Of a stretch of DNA of 64,000 nucleotides, positions 36,316-48,800 are shown one piece after another. Source of the DNA: Camelus ferus (Eukaryota). Positions within the stretch are counted from its first letter, which is position 1. Each line of letters opens with the position of its first letter. Both the position numbers and the translations under genes were made by a program. The stretch covers positions 3,102,001-3,166,000 of the forward strand of contig NC_045696.1 of assembly GCF_009834535.1 (NCBI RefSeq), in the 5' to 3' direction. The notes beneath the pieces were generated by a model that saw only the letters and a program-made list of their open reading frames with translations, was not told the DNA's origin and ran no database searches.

Positions 36316-37587
36316 GTAAGGTGGTTTTTTTTTGCCTCTATTAAATGCTGTATGTATTCAGTGAGGTCTCTGTACTCTGGCTGGTTGGCACTTAAATGTC
36401 CCATACATATGTAAAGCTTTGCCAAGCATTTTGCCTATAGTCTTGTGACCATTTGTCGCCTGGCCTGGTGGGGTTGTACTCTACTCACGCTCAGACTGGT
36501 GTCCGCCAGAGACTCAGGGGTCCTCCATGAAGTCTCCAGACCTCTTTCTCTGCAATCACCCCCCTCCTGGATACCCTGTCCTACAGTTTCCATCTGCCTC
36601 ATCTTCCCCAAATGTCAATTTTTGTCTCCTCAACTCTGTAAGATCTCAGGGTTCTGTTTATATTGCCCCTCCCTGCTCTGTGGTTTGGAAATTACTTCTC
36701 GGTAGGAAGCTGTAGTGGTCTTAAGGCTCATTTCCATTTCCTTCCCTTTTCAACATCACAGTCTTGCACTGCCTGTTGTGCAATAGCTGAAAAAACTTGC
36801 TTCATGTATTTTTGGCCAGCTTTCCAGTTGTTTATGGTGAGAAGAAAAACCCCACAACGGTTACTTCTGGGCTCCGAGTCACACTTTCCCCCAATTTCAC
36901 TGTTGACACTGGACCTATATTTTTCTAACCTGGTGCCGTCTCTTCCCACCGGGGCCCCACCGCTTACAAGGCTGGCTTGGGAAGCTACGTCTTCCGCTTA
37001 CTCCCGCTCTAACACCGAGATGGTATCACTCGCTCTTCTTATTACAGGCAAAAATGGAAAGAATAGAAAGCGATTCAGGAAAATAAGCAGCATTCTGTGA
37101 AGCTACTATTATTGGGCATCCAGGTCTTTTCAGGAGCCATTCTTTGAATTGCTTTTCCCTTCTAAAGTGCTCTGGCTTTCTGATTACAGCAAATTACTAT
37201 TTTCCTTTTTTTTTTTGTATATAATTCTTCTAAATCCAAGTGCATACAAAAAACGGATCTAAGTCAGGTTTCTAAGTGCCATTTCCTGCTGTCTCGGCTT
37301 TCACAAAGCCCCACGCAGAGCCACGGAACACCCCACATCCGTGCTCTCCAGGACCGGGCAGAGGAGAGCATCTAGGTAAAAGCGTGACTGGCTTTCTTGG
37401 TAATCCGAATAACAGAGCTCTCAACCCAAACTGAGATCGCTGTGTTGGAGGCGTTATGCTGAAACTTTCTGTTAACAGCCTTGGTTACCCTTTCCTTACA
37501 ACAGTCCTGTGAAGATGCTACTAACGTATGTTCATATTTTATAGGTGAGAAAACAGAGGTTTAGAGAATTAAACAACTTACTCCAGG

Positions 37588-38050
37588 TGCGAACGCAAAA
37601 TATTGCAGCCATATCAGTAAACAAAGGATGCTGCAGCCGTCAAGTCATCAACCACCCGCACAGTGAGTGGAGGGAACTCGGATGCAGACAAGCAGGCAGC
37701 CCGGCCTCTGCAGCCACTCCCAGCCGTGCCCCCTGAGGGGACGCAGGATAGGAAAGAACAGGGCCCTGGCCCTAGACAGCCAGGTGCACATAAAGGAATG
37801 GTTTCAGTGAGCCCAGAATTTTGCACCTTCCCACACATAGAAAAGCGCTAAATTCTTTAACTCGAGATGTCTGGTTTTCTTTAATTAACGACAATCTTTC
37901 AATGTTCTGACTACCTGGCTTTCGTTATAAAAGCTCCTATATATCCTGGCTCCTCCCCTCCCTCTTCGGAGCCGCCCCTCAGAGCCATCTGAGAGGCTGT
38001 CATCCCAGCTCAAGGGGTTCAAGTCCTCAGAAACGTTCACGGACTAGCCC
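37588..38050 (+). mobile_element. Solo LTR of the same family as 26097-32211, inserted in a MIR
   Basis: Shares cagtaaacaaaggatgctgcagcc, cttcccacacataga and tatatcctgg..cctccc; flanks look MIR-like. Confidence 0.75.
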
Positions 38051-39129
38051 TGTGCATCTATCTTAGCAGACACACGTCACAGAGTAGGTGAGTGTCGGGC
38101 CTGGGATCGACTCGGAGTTTTCTGACTTTAAACGTGTGCTCCTTGCAGCTACGCTGCACTGCCAGGACCTAAGGGCCAGCCTGGGCTATGTCACCTGCTC
38201 TGAAGTGGCTTTTGGGCAGACACGTCACCCACCCCAATCACGGCTGCAAACAGCCAACTCCAGGCCCTGCTCTATGCTCTACCCGTGCCAGATGGGGCAG
38301 ACAATCAAGAATCCTACAGATGCTGAAACAGCAGAAGAGGTCCCAGCCGGGCGGGGCCGCGGCTCTTCTCTCCCCCCTCGCTGGGGGATCATCACGGGGT
38401 GGGAGCCTGGGGCGAGCGCTTGGCCCCGGAGCAGGCTTGGCCCAGCTCATCCACACTCCCAGCCCACAGCGCCTGTGGTCCCCTAGTGTGGCTGAGTCAG
38501 CGGGGTCAGGGGTCGGGGGTGGGGGTGGAAGCAGGTGGTAGCTAGTTGAACAGGGAGGCTGGGTAGAGGGAGGGGTGGGGCTCCCTCCCGGCACAGTCCC
38601 CGCAACCAAGTCACCGGCTGGATGGGGAGCCCAGAAGAGACACAACCCCGGAGGGATGCTGGGAGCCCACTGTCTGCCCAGTGCTCAGCACACGGCACTG
38701 ACCCGGCTCTTCTTCTCAGTCTTTCCTCCTGACCTGGCCCCTTTCTGTCCTTCCCCTTTTTGTGGATGAGACTGTTGCCTTTCTCAGCGGGAAGTGGGCG
38801 CCAGCCTGAACCACGTGGCTGGCCTGGTGCCCGCAGGCAACCGAAGCGTCTTCTCACCAAAGCTGACCCTCTCCCAAGAGCGGCTCGGGAGAGCAGATTT
38901 TAAAATTCTCAGGCATTTTTAAAATCAACTGTTGAAATGCTGGTGGCTCAAAATTGGCCACGATGGGAGCATTTCCCCCGTGGAAACTGACAAAAACTGC
39001 AGACACTTCAGATCAGGCCCCCTACGCTCACAGCTAAGAGGACGACCCTTCTTCCAGAGCAGAGGCGGGACGCTGTGACCAGCCCACCTACCCTACCACA
39101 GTGAGCCCGAGGCTCACAGAGGTCACACC

Positions 39130-39752
39130 TGAGGCGGGAAGGGGGCAGGGCACAGCCGGTCAGGAATGCTGCAGCAATTAACATCAAAACGGTGGAGGGT
39201 TCTGCCCCCAGGAGGCCTTGATGCTCAAGGTGGTGGGAGATCTGACTTCTAGCAGAACTTGAGCTTCATTATACATTCACTGTAATATATCAAGATGGTA
39301 AATAACATGCCCACAGGCGCCATGACAGCTCCAACGCTAGCTAGCCGCGGAAGGTCTAAGAGTGGGAAATGGCCAACTTCCTGGGACTCCCAGCCCCTTC
39401 CCCAGGCTACTTAGACTGGTCCTTCCACTTATTAGCATGTGAAGACACTGAGCCCAAAAAAACTGGCAACACAGTGCCTTGCTGCCCGAGCCTCCTCTCT
39501 CTCTCCCACTTTGGAGACGACTCGCACTTGTCTATGGAGTGTGCACCTACTTTTACTCTAATCTGAGCACTCAACTCCCCACACCTTGTGGTCTTTCTCT
39601 TGCCTTTCAATGTGCCTCTCTAAATAAATCTACCTTCACTCAACTGTGGCTGGCTCTTGAATTCTTTTCTGCGCGAAGCCAAGGGCCCATACTTCAAATG
39701 AAGCCTGAGACACGGCCCTTCTCACACCCCACATCCTTTTTCCTGCATAAAC
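39130..39752 (+). mobile_element. ERV1-like solo LTR
   Basis: TG...CA ends; aataaatctaccttcactc...ctcttgaattctttctgcgcgaagccaagg LTR R/U5-type sequence. Confidence 0.6.
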
Positions 39753-40452
39753 ATGACTTAAGGACAGACTTGGAGCTCAAGCCCAGGTCTCCTGAACCCA
39801 ATTTAATTCCTCCAAGCAATGCTGTTGTTGATGTTCATAGATGCTGAGAAATTAGTGTCTCCTTCCCTACTGGAAACTGCTAATTGCAATTCCATTAATG
39901 TGTGAGCAGCCACTGTCTGCTGGCCCTTGGGGTCTGTGGGGAGTGGGGAGTGTGGGCGGGGGAGCTGCAGAGAAGATTCCTCTGTATTGGGACCCAGCAC
40001 TGGGTCCAAGGACTCTACAGTCATTTGGTGCCCATGGCACACTTTCAAGTTCTGGACTTTGGTTGGACGACTCCATCAAATGGACTAAAAGACCGGAAAC
40101 CAGGTGGGGCTTGATCATCAGGACCTGGCCACCAGGACAGGAGGGCCCACTCGGTGGACCATGTCCACCCCTCCGCTCTGCTCCCCCTCCCACCCACCCC
40201 AGGCACACGCACCTGTTCACAGGGCACACCTGGACTTCCTCGTCCTCCGACTCACAGAACCCTGCCCTTCAGAGCATCACAAGCTGCTTGGCTCAAGACA
40301 GGGACCCATTTGTTCTGACATTCACCTCCACAGGAGCACGTACACCCAGCAGGGCCCCATGGGCACGCATGTGCATGTCACGGAATTCTCGAGGGCCTTG
40401 ACATAGCATCACTGGTTTACAGGGCTCTCGGTGTCCTGGGGACGGAGCACAT

Positions 40453-40662
40453 CAGCGGTCCTCAGCTAGGGTGATTTTGCTCCCTGAGCACACTGGCAGT
40501 GTCTGGAGACAGTTTTTGTTACCATAATGAGGAAGAGTGCTACTGGCATCGTACTGGGCCCAGACGAGGGACACTGCTAAACATCCCACAGGGCACAGGA
40601 CGGTCCCTGCAGCAAAGAACCCCCGCCGGGGTCGATAGTGTGGAGGTCAGGAAACCCTGGGC
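40453..40662. mobile_element. MER20 element
   Basis: ggtgattttgctccc..tggcagtgtctggagac..tgctactggcatc..tgctaaacatcc..gaaaccctg. Confidence 0.7.
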
Positions 40663-42422
40663 TACATGAACGGAGCAGGTTTGCAGGTGAATCACTGTCA
40701 CAGAGACGACTGGCTGCCACTCCCTGCCCGGGTCCCCAGACTGGTGGTGAACTGGCACACGGTCACTATTGTACTCTTTGAAAGAAGCAATGGTTAGTGA
40801 CAGCAGATGACAGAACTAGGCCTGTCTCCATGGCGTGTAGGTGGCCGTCTTCTCCCCGTGTCCCCACGGGGCCACCCCTCTGTGTGCGCATGTGTCTCCG
40901 TCTCCTCTTACAAGGACCACAGCCATCTTGGATTAGCACCACTCCCAGTGACCTTGTTTCACTCTAGTCACCTCTTTAAAGGCCCTCTCTCCAAAAAAAG
41001 TCACTTTCTAAAGTGCTCAGCGTTAGGACTTAGGAGTTTTGCAAGGGACACAAGTCAGCCCTAAAGTTTACCAAAATAACTCATAGCTAAAGCATCTCAA
41101 ATTTGGTTCTAAAATCAGACTTGCTTCCGTGGAAGAGTATGATTGTTCTGTCTTCTCAGATAAACACAGCAGAGTGTTTGTCAGGGCTCGGTGGCCCCCG
41201 ACCCGCAGCACGTACTCCTCCATCAGGCGCCGGCTCGGCCCCTCGATTTCCTTGCAGCCCAGCCCAAGGCCGGCCACCCTCCCATCTTCCGAAAGAGCCA
41301 CAGTGAGGTTTATTCTGGAAGCTAAGAGTGACAGAAGTGGGCTTTTCGGCCACTGCAGCAGAAGGGGGGCTGGTCAGAACCAGAATTACAGAATATAAAG
41401 AAAGCGGTGTTTCTTGCACCCTGCACCTAGAGCTCTGAGATTCGAACCCCCCTCACTCTGCCTTGTAAACCCTCATCAGCAGCCCAGCAAGGAGGAGGTG
41501 GCTGTCTGCCCCTTCATCGCCCAGGGGTACGAGATCCAGATGCCTCACCCCTGAGAGGGTGAATCTGGATATCGCGTGGACCACCCCTAAAGAAGAGACC
41601 TTGATTTAGACCTCGTTTGCACCATTCCTCAAGTTTCTATTCATCATCAGAATTAGCAAGGTTGATGTGGCACCAGGGTGTCCAGGAGAGAAAACAGGGG
41701 GGTGGGGGGGGCACCTCCAGCGACGATGGTGCCCCCCCAACCCCCGAGCACTTGGAGGGCTTTTTTTTCTTCAGCAGGGCTGGGGTGAGAGGACACCCCT
41801 GGGGTCCCTCATCCACTGCCTGGACCAACTTTATCAAACTCACGGCATCACTGAATTCACACCATCTCTGGAGGCTTCACTGCCCTGGCGGGGGGAAAGG
41901 GGGAGTCCTTTCTCTGGTCTCTCCTTCCTGTTAGTTGGGGTGGGACCCACTCCCTCCATTTGCGAAGCGCCCCTCCCTCCTCCTCTAGCCTGAGGGGGAG
42001 AAAAGGAGAAGACAATTGAGACCTGGTGAGTCGGGAGCCCCAGACCCCAACACCCGGGCCTCTGTTTGAGCAGCCCTGACATGCCTTGGAAGGACTGGGA
42101 GTGCGACAGACCGAAGAGTGGCCCCCAAGATGTCCCCACCCTCACCTCTGACCTGTGAGTGTGCTACGTCCCAGGGTAAAGGGGACTTGGCAGATGGGAT
42201 TAAGTTAAGGACCTTGAGGCAGGGAGGTCTTCCTGGGTGTGCGGGTGGGTTCGGCGGAGCCCAGGGACTCACAGAAGGGAGACAATTTTCTGCCTCTTTC
42301 TGCCTGTGTGGACGTAGCCAGAGAGTGATTGAAACAGAAAAAGGAAAAATGATAGGGAATTTGATGATTAAGAACGTAAAAAATAAAGTGGAGACATCCT
42401 TATGGGGAGTGTGGGGTGGGTC

Positions 42423-42428
42423 TTTAAT
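42423..42428 (-). terminator. UBASH3A: Candidate UBASH3A poly(A) signal ATTAAA (alternative AATAAA at 41309-41314)
   Basis: ATTAAA on - about 290 nt after the stop, with a U-rich stretch downstream. Confidence 0.4.
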
Positions 42429-42711
42429 TCCTGGAAACCTGAGTCATGGCTCCTCAGCTGCCCCCCAGCCACATGGCGGATGCACGTGGTCCAAGGTGGC
42501 ATCCCCACGGCCAAACTCGTGGGAGGACGGGTGTGCAGACGGCGGGCGCCACCGCGGAAGTGGCCGTCCCTCAGCATCTGAAAGTGCGCTCTGTGCTTCT
42601 AAAAATCACATTCGGGGAGACTAACGGTCCCTTCCAAATGACAGTGTCTTACAGCCTCAGCGAAGAGTTCAGCCTCTTCGTTGTGACATTATGCGAACAG
42701 AGAGGTAGCTC

Positions 42712-42849
42712 TTAGCTGCCCTGGGTCCAGCTCCTCCAGTTAAACCCTGAGTTTGAACCGTGAGTCAGCGTCTTCACCGGAGGGTTCACCAACTCCCATT
42801 TGCCTTCCTCTTTATTTTCTTCGCAGAAGCACATCCCCAGAGAAGGGAC
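42712..42849 (-). CDS. UBASH3A: UBASH3A last coding exon (VPSLGMCFCEENKEEGKWELVNPPVKTLTHGSNSGFNWRSWTQGS*)
   Basis: gttccag| acceptor; TAA at 42712-42714; 138 nt. Confidence 0.95.
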   Translation of the reverse strand, partial: VPSLGMCFCEENKEEGKWELVNPPVKTLTHGSNSGFNWRSWTQGS

Positions 42850-45800
42850 CTGGAACACAGTTCAATCACTGATGAATATTTTACACCAGGTCAATCGACT
42901 GTAGACACGTTCTAAAACCAGCTACACCCCGGAGGCTCGCATGACGTACCCTCTCTGGCACGGCTGCTTAAACACAGCGCCAGCGGCTCACACACAGACC
43001 TCCACAGGGGTGCTGCCCTGCCCCTCCCACGGGCAGTGGCAAGTGTCTGCAGACACCGTCCTTCGTCACAGTGCGTGTGCTGTTGCATCTAAGAAGCAGA
43101 GGTCAGGAATGCTGCTACCACCCCAGACACACAGGACAGTCCCCAGCACAGCAGGATTCTGCCCAGATGTCAGCAGTGCGGAAGCTGAGAACCCCATCTG
43201 TCTACCAACTGCTTGAAGAGTGGCTTCCATTCTCAAATTTAGCATCACAGAAAGATACAGGGATTGCATTTGCAAACCCGAGATGAAAGCACGAAGTGAA
43301 ACTTTAGCCCTCAGTTCCTTCATCTGTTAAATGAATGGTTTGGAGCAGACCTTTCTTCCTCAGGCTTTTTGTTTGTTTGTTTACGAGCTCTGCTCTCCCT
43401 TTCCCCTTCTCTTTTAAACGTCCGGAAGTTCCTTGGTCAGAGGAAATTTGCAAGCACTGCACCCTGCGGGGAGGACCCAAGGGGGCTGGTGTTGATTCAG
43501 CGACATTCTCTCCCTCTGTTCTGAGAGCCTGGGGGCCGGGGTGGGCGTGGTGGGGGTGGGCCTGCGCATGTCCACCTTCTGCTGCCCCGACGAGGCCCGC
43601 CGGCAGAGCCCGCGGTGATGTGCGTTTGTGACATGCACGGGCAGACCCTGCTTATTTGGGGGTGGGCAGGGGTGGACACTGAGCCGTCAGCATAAGGAAA
43701 GTGGCAGGAGTTTGGAGGGTCAAGGCTGGCATCTCATGGGGGAGGGTGCCAAGGGTCAGGTGAGCGCGTGGGAATTTGGCCACAAAGACAAATGAGTTTT
43801 TGGAGCAGTGTCAACATGCAATTCTCAGGCCGTGGCTGGTGCGTGCAGCGCTGCTGTCTCTGTGGATGATGGGGCTCCCAGGAGAGCCGAGGGCTGTAGG
43901 ATGTGGTGCAGGAACGGAAGATGTGGTGACATTTGTGGGAGCAAGAGGACACTTACGGAGCAGCTAGTGCTGGGGCCGACCAGGAGCACCCTCAGAAAGT
44001 CTCCCCGGTGTCTCCCAGTGTGGCGGGGGTGACCGAGCCATGCATTTGGACAACGGTCAACTGGTGGCCCAGGAACCGGAAGGGCTCAGGGATATCTGGG
44101 TCATGACCGGGAAACACCACCGTGAAGACACTTTGGAGGGGAACACACATTTCTACGCAGGTCCAGAGGGGACAGGAAGAAGACTGGGCATCCTCGGGTC
44201 TGCTGCCTGGGCATTTCAAGTGCGGAAGCACTTCGTTTCTCACGTACCCCGGGGGAGGGAGGAACGTGCTTCCTCCGGCAGGGCAGGGAGCGGCTGAGAC
44301 CAGGCGCTTTGCACAGCACGGAGCCAGTGCTGGTCAGGCTCCTCTGCAGCCCCCAGACCCCTCCGGGGCTCAGCGACACCTCGCTACCCACTCCTGTGGC
44401 CGGTGGTGGTCCCACGGCCAGGTCAGGGACCCACCCTCCATCATAGGGGTTGTCTGCACCGCTGCACTCCCAGTCTCAAGGTCACAGGTCCGCTGACTGA
44501 TTAATTTGATGAGAAGGACAAAGGCAGAGGGCGATCGGTCCTGAGGAGAATTTTGGGGCAGGGGCAGGAGGAAGTCTGAGTCCTGAGTCTGCCTGCCTTG
44601 GCTCATCTCACTAGCTGGGTAAAAGCCACCCTGCTTTGCTGGGTGGGACGCACCGCAGGTCGGTCCAAAGGGCCCGTTATTCTCTGCACGTCCGCCACCT
44701 GCTTGCCTTTTCAGCAAGTGTTTCCACGGCCCCGGCCCAGTGCCGGGTGCTCTGGCCGCTACGACCTGCCCTTGTGTTCTGTGGTGACTCCAACGGCGAG
44801 AGGGAGGGGATCCTTTCCATCCAGCAGCCCCGAGTCCCCAGAGCCAGCCAGCCAAGCAACTGTCCTTTCTCTCCCTATTCAAATCACGGACTCCTCGCCG
44901 GGCCATGTACTTAACCCCCAGAGCGGCAAGGAGTTACCATGGGAGCTGATTTCTAAATTCCTTGGTATTGTTTTTCATATCATCTTGGCAGCAAATGGCC
45001 AAAGTTACTATCAAGGTGACAGCCTCTCCCGTCAGCCTCCTGCATGTTCTAGGGGGACAGGCAGGTCCCTGCTGCCTGGGATGTCCGGACACTTATCTCC
45101 ATCCTGAGGAGGGGGTGTGGCGACCCCAAATCCTCAGGCTGCTCGGCTGTGCTGCCCAAAGAGAAAAGAGGGGCGCGTACCTTTCTCACCAGCTGGGCGA
45201 AGTCCGCGCAGTCCCGGGGCGGCAGCTGGAGGAGGGGGCGGGTGCAGGAGTCCAGCGCCGAGCCGTGGCCCACGATCAGGGTGACGCCCGCTGCGGGACA
45301 GAGCACATCTCAAGGTCAGAGCAGGTGCAGAGAGTGCCTCTTATTAGACGGGGCCCCCAGCGTCGTTGGGTGGAGCACGTGGTGGTGCCGAGGCCCCGAG
45401 AGACCCGGCTGGAAGCAGCAGTAGGCGTGGCCGGTTGGAGCACAGTCCGTGCAGTCAGCCCGGTGGTGTGTGAGCTCTTCCGAGCCTGTCACGTCCTCAT
45501 GTGGGCCGGGGGGCTGGAGGGATGGCACGGCTGTGCTCCAGGCCGCCCTCCTGTCCAGGCCTCGTCCTGTGAGCTTGAGAGTTATCAGCTGGTTGTTACA
45601 ACGGGCCTTGGAAGGCTCTGACTTTAGAGAAAATCAGGAGTCCAGGGAGGGGCGGGCCTCCCTTGGGTGACAGGACATGGGGCCAATGCTGGGACAAGGC
45701 CGGGCTTTGGGGGTTAGACCAGCCGAGTGAGTCAGGCAGACGCCTGAGGCCAGATCCACTGAGCTGCCTTAGGGGGAGATCAGAACACAGAGCTTCCTCT

Positions 45801-48800
45801 GAAAGCCAAGGCTGATGGCAAACTGGTCACGTAGCCTCTCCTGCGACTGTTATGTTCTCCCTCCATCGACACCCAGACGGAAGCCCCCATCCGCGTCTCC
45901 TGTGTTGTTTCCCATCAATGTCACACTCATGTCTTTGGCCCCAAAGTCATGGTGCGGCTGCCAGGAGGCTGCTCTGGGAGCCGGACACACAGGCCTGACC
46001 CCCGGCCCATGCTCTCCAGTGGGGTGACTTGGGCACGTGGCCTCTCAGCGCCTCTGGGCTTCAGAGTCTCGCGGCGTAAATGGCAGAAATGCTTCAGATC
46101 GCCCAGGAGGGCGAGGACTTAGCAGGTGAGGTCTGTGAGGGGCCCATGCCAGGCAGTCGGCAGGCATTCGCTGTCACCCTCTAGCCCCGCTGGATCTTCT
46201 GTTGCTCTGTCTGCTGAGCCACACGGCCCTCTCCTTCCCGCCTTGCTCATGCCCTCCTCCTCCTGCTGGGCTGTCCTCTCCCTCCCAGTCCTCCTCACTC
46301 AACCGCTCAGGCACTGCATCCTGAGCGCCCGGCCACGTGCCACAGCCACAGATGGCTGGGTCTGCGTCCCTGCAATGAGCAGCCAGTGGACGGGGTTCTG
46401 CAGACACCAGAGGTGACGAAGCCATGCTTCCACCTGTGTGTCCAGAAGACCTCACGACTGTAGGGAGGGGCTCGGAAGGGAGGATCGTCCACAGACACTG
46501 AAATTCAGCCTGGGACGGCGGAGGCTGGAAATGGGATAGGCGGAAAGAAGTAGGGTGGGGCCCCAGAGCGCAGGAAAGGCTCTGAGTTCATTCTGCCCCC
46601 CAGTGTGTGAGTCTGATGATTAATCGAATGCCACTAAGGTGTGGTTTCCCAAAGTTCCCTCCCCAGGGTGCCCATCAGGCAAAGCAGGCAACGGGGACCT
46701 CCTCGTGGCCGGGGTGGGTGGGGTGCTGGACACGCCCAGGTTTTGGGTCTCGAGCGGGTACCCCACGGTGTACGGGAGGGGGCCAGGGGTTCAGCTCTCC
46801 CTGAGGTCCTGGTTCTCGGGGCCCTCCGTCCCCTGAGCCCCCTGGGACGAGGGGTGGAAAGAGTGCAGGTGGGGCGAGGGGGCCGGGGGTCTCTCACTGA
46901 CTCTGCCTGAACTCTCCTTCCTGTTATTTAATATTCCAGATGCTTGCGCCCCTTTCGCCCCAAATATTCAACCCCCTGAGGGGACAGCACGTGTCTTCTT
47001 CACTTAGATTTTCCCACAATGTTTTATCTGGTGCCTGACACACCGCTGATGTTCAGAACACACTCACTAACTTCAGTTTCACAGGACTCGTTTTTCGTGT
47101 TTTACCGTGGACACCTTCACACAGACCCAGGGGGCCAATGTGCCGTGTGCCCCGTGCACCCGGCGTGGAGCCCCAAGAGCTGCTGCTGCCTTGCTCGCCC
47201 TGTGTCGTCTGTCTGCTGCCCCAGCCTCCTTTTCCAGGAAGTATTTTTTTTTTTAGACATTTTTATTGAAGTACAGTTGATGCGTAATGCTGTGTAAGTT
47301 ACAGGTGTACAACGTAGTGACTCGCAATTTGTAGTTCTCCTCTGCTGGGGGTTATTATAAACCGGTGGCCAGACTCCCTGCTGCACGGTATATACTTGGA
47401 GCTGGTTTTATACCTGCTAGTCTGAACCTCTTACTGCCCCCCATGCGGCCCCTCGCTCCTCCCTCTCCCCATGGTAACCGCGGGTTTGTCCTCTCTGTCT
47501 GTGAGCCTGCTTCTGTGCTATAGTCACTAGTTTGCTGTATGTTTTAGATCCCACATGTAAGTGATGCCACACAGCATCTGTCTTTCTCTGCCTGACTTAC
47601 CTCACTTAGCACAGTGCCCTCCAAGTCTACCCATGCTGCTGCAAATGGCAAAGCCTCATTCTTTGTACGGCTGAGAAATAGACCATCGTGTGTAGTGCGC
47701 ATACACTGCATCTTTACCGTCATCTGTCGATGGACATTTAGCGAAGTATTTTAAAGCGTATCCCAAACACAGCGCCGTTTCACGGGATACACCCCAGTTT
47801 GCATCAGTGAGATCCCAACCCCCAGGGGTTGCTGGGGCCCGAGGACGGCGGGGCACTCACCATCCTGCGGGCAGGCGCTGACGATCTGGCCCATGCTCAC
47901 CGCACACCTGTGCACGAAGTCCTGGTAGCTCTCGGCCGGCAGGAGGGAGGCGAGGGGGAAGGCCGGCCTAGGGCAGAGCGGGGGCGAGGCTGCTGGCCGG
48001 GCCTGCTGGCACTTGGGGCAGAAGCAGCGAGACGGCTCTGCCTCCAGGCAGGGCTCACGGGCAGCAGCGAGACTCGGTTTTGAGCTCAAAACTGGCAAAA
48101 GGCTGCTGTTGGGGCTCCAGTGTCCCTTCTCCAAGAGCACCAGACAGGCTAGTGATGGCAGAGTCAGCCATGGGCAGAGAATGACCCAGGTCCTCTGGCA
48201 GACAAACTCCAGCCCGGCTCCCTGACCCTCTTCTCAACAGGCCCGACCTGTGGGCTTCGTGTCCAACCTTGGGGATGCAGTTTTAGCAAGAATCCTGCTA
48301 ACTCAGTTTAGCCAGAATCCGCCACCCCTGGTATCTGATCACACAGAATATCTGATCAAATTCAGCACCCCCCACACCCTGGGGGATGTCTGACCCCTGG
48401 CCCGCCTGTGGCAAGGATGTTCTATGTGCGTTTAGCAAGAATCACTGTATTCTCCTAGGATTTCCCTTCCCCCACCCTGCTCCCAGGCAAAAAAATCCCC
48501 ACTTGGCCTTGTATGTGAATCCAATCTCTCTTCCCTGCTACAAACCCCCATTGCAGTGGTCCCTCTTGAATAAAGCCTTCCCCACTGTCTTTAACAAGCG
48601 TCATGAATAAGTTTTCAATAAGAATGAGAAAACCCCAGCAGCAGTCGCCATGAGACCCCTCACCCGCAGCCCACGTGGGACCCCCACCCGCAGCCCACGT
48701 GGGACCCCCACCCGCAGCCCACGTGGGACCCCTCACCCGCAGCCCACGTGGGACCCCCACCCGCAGCCCACGTGGGACCCCCACCCGCAGCCCACGTGGG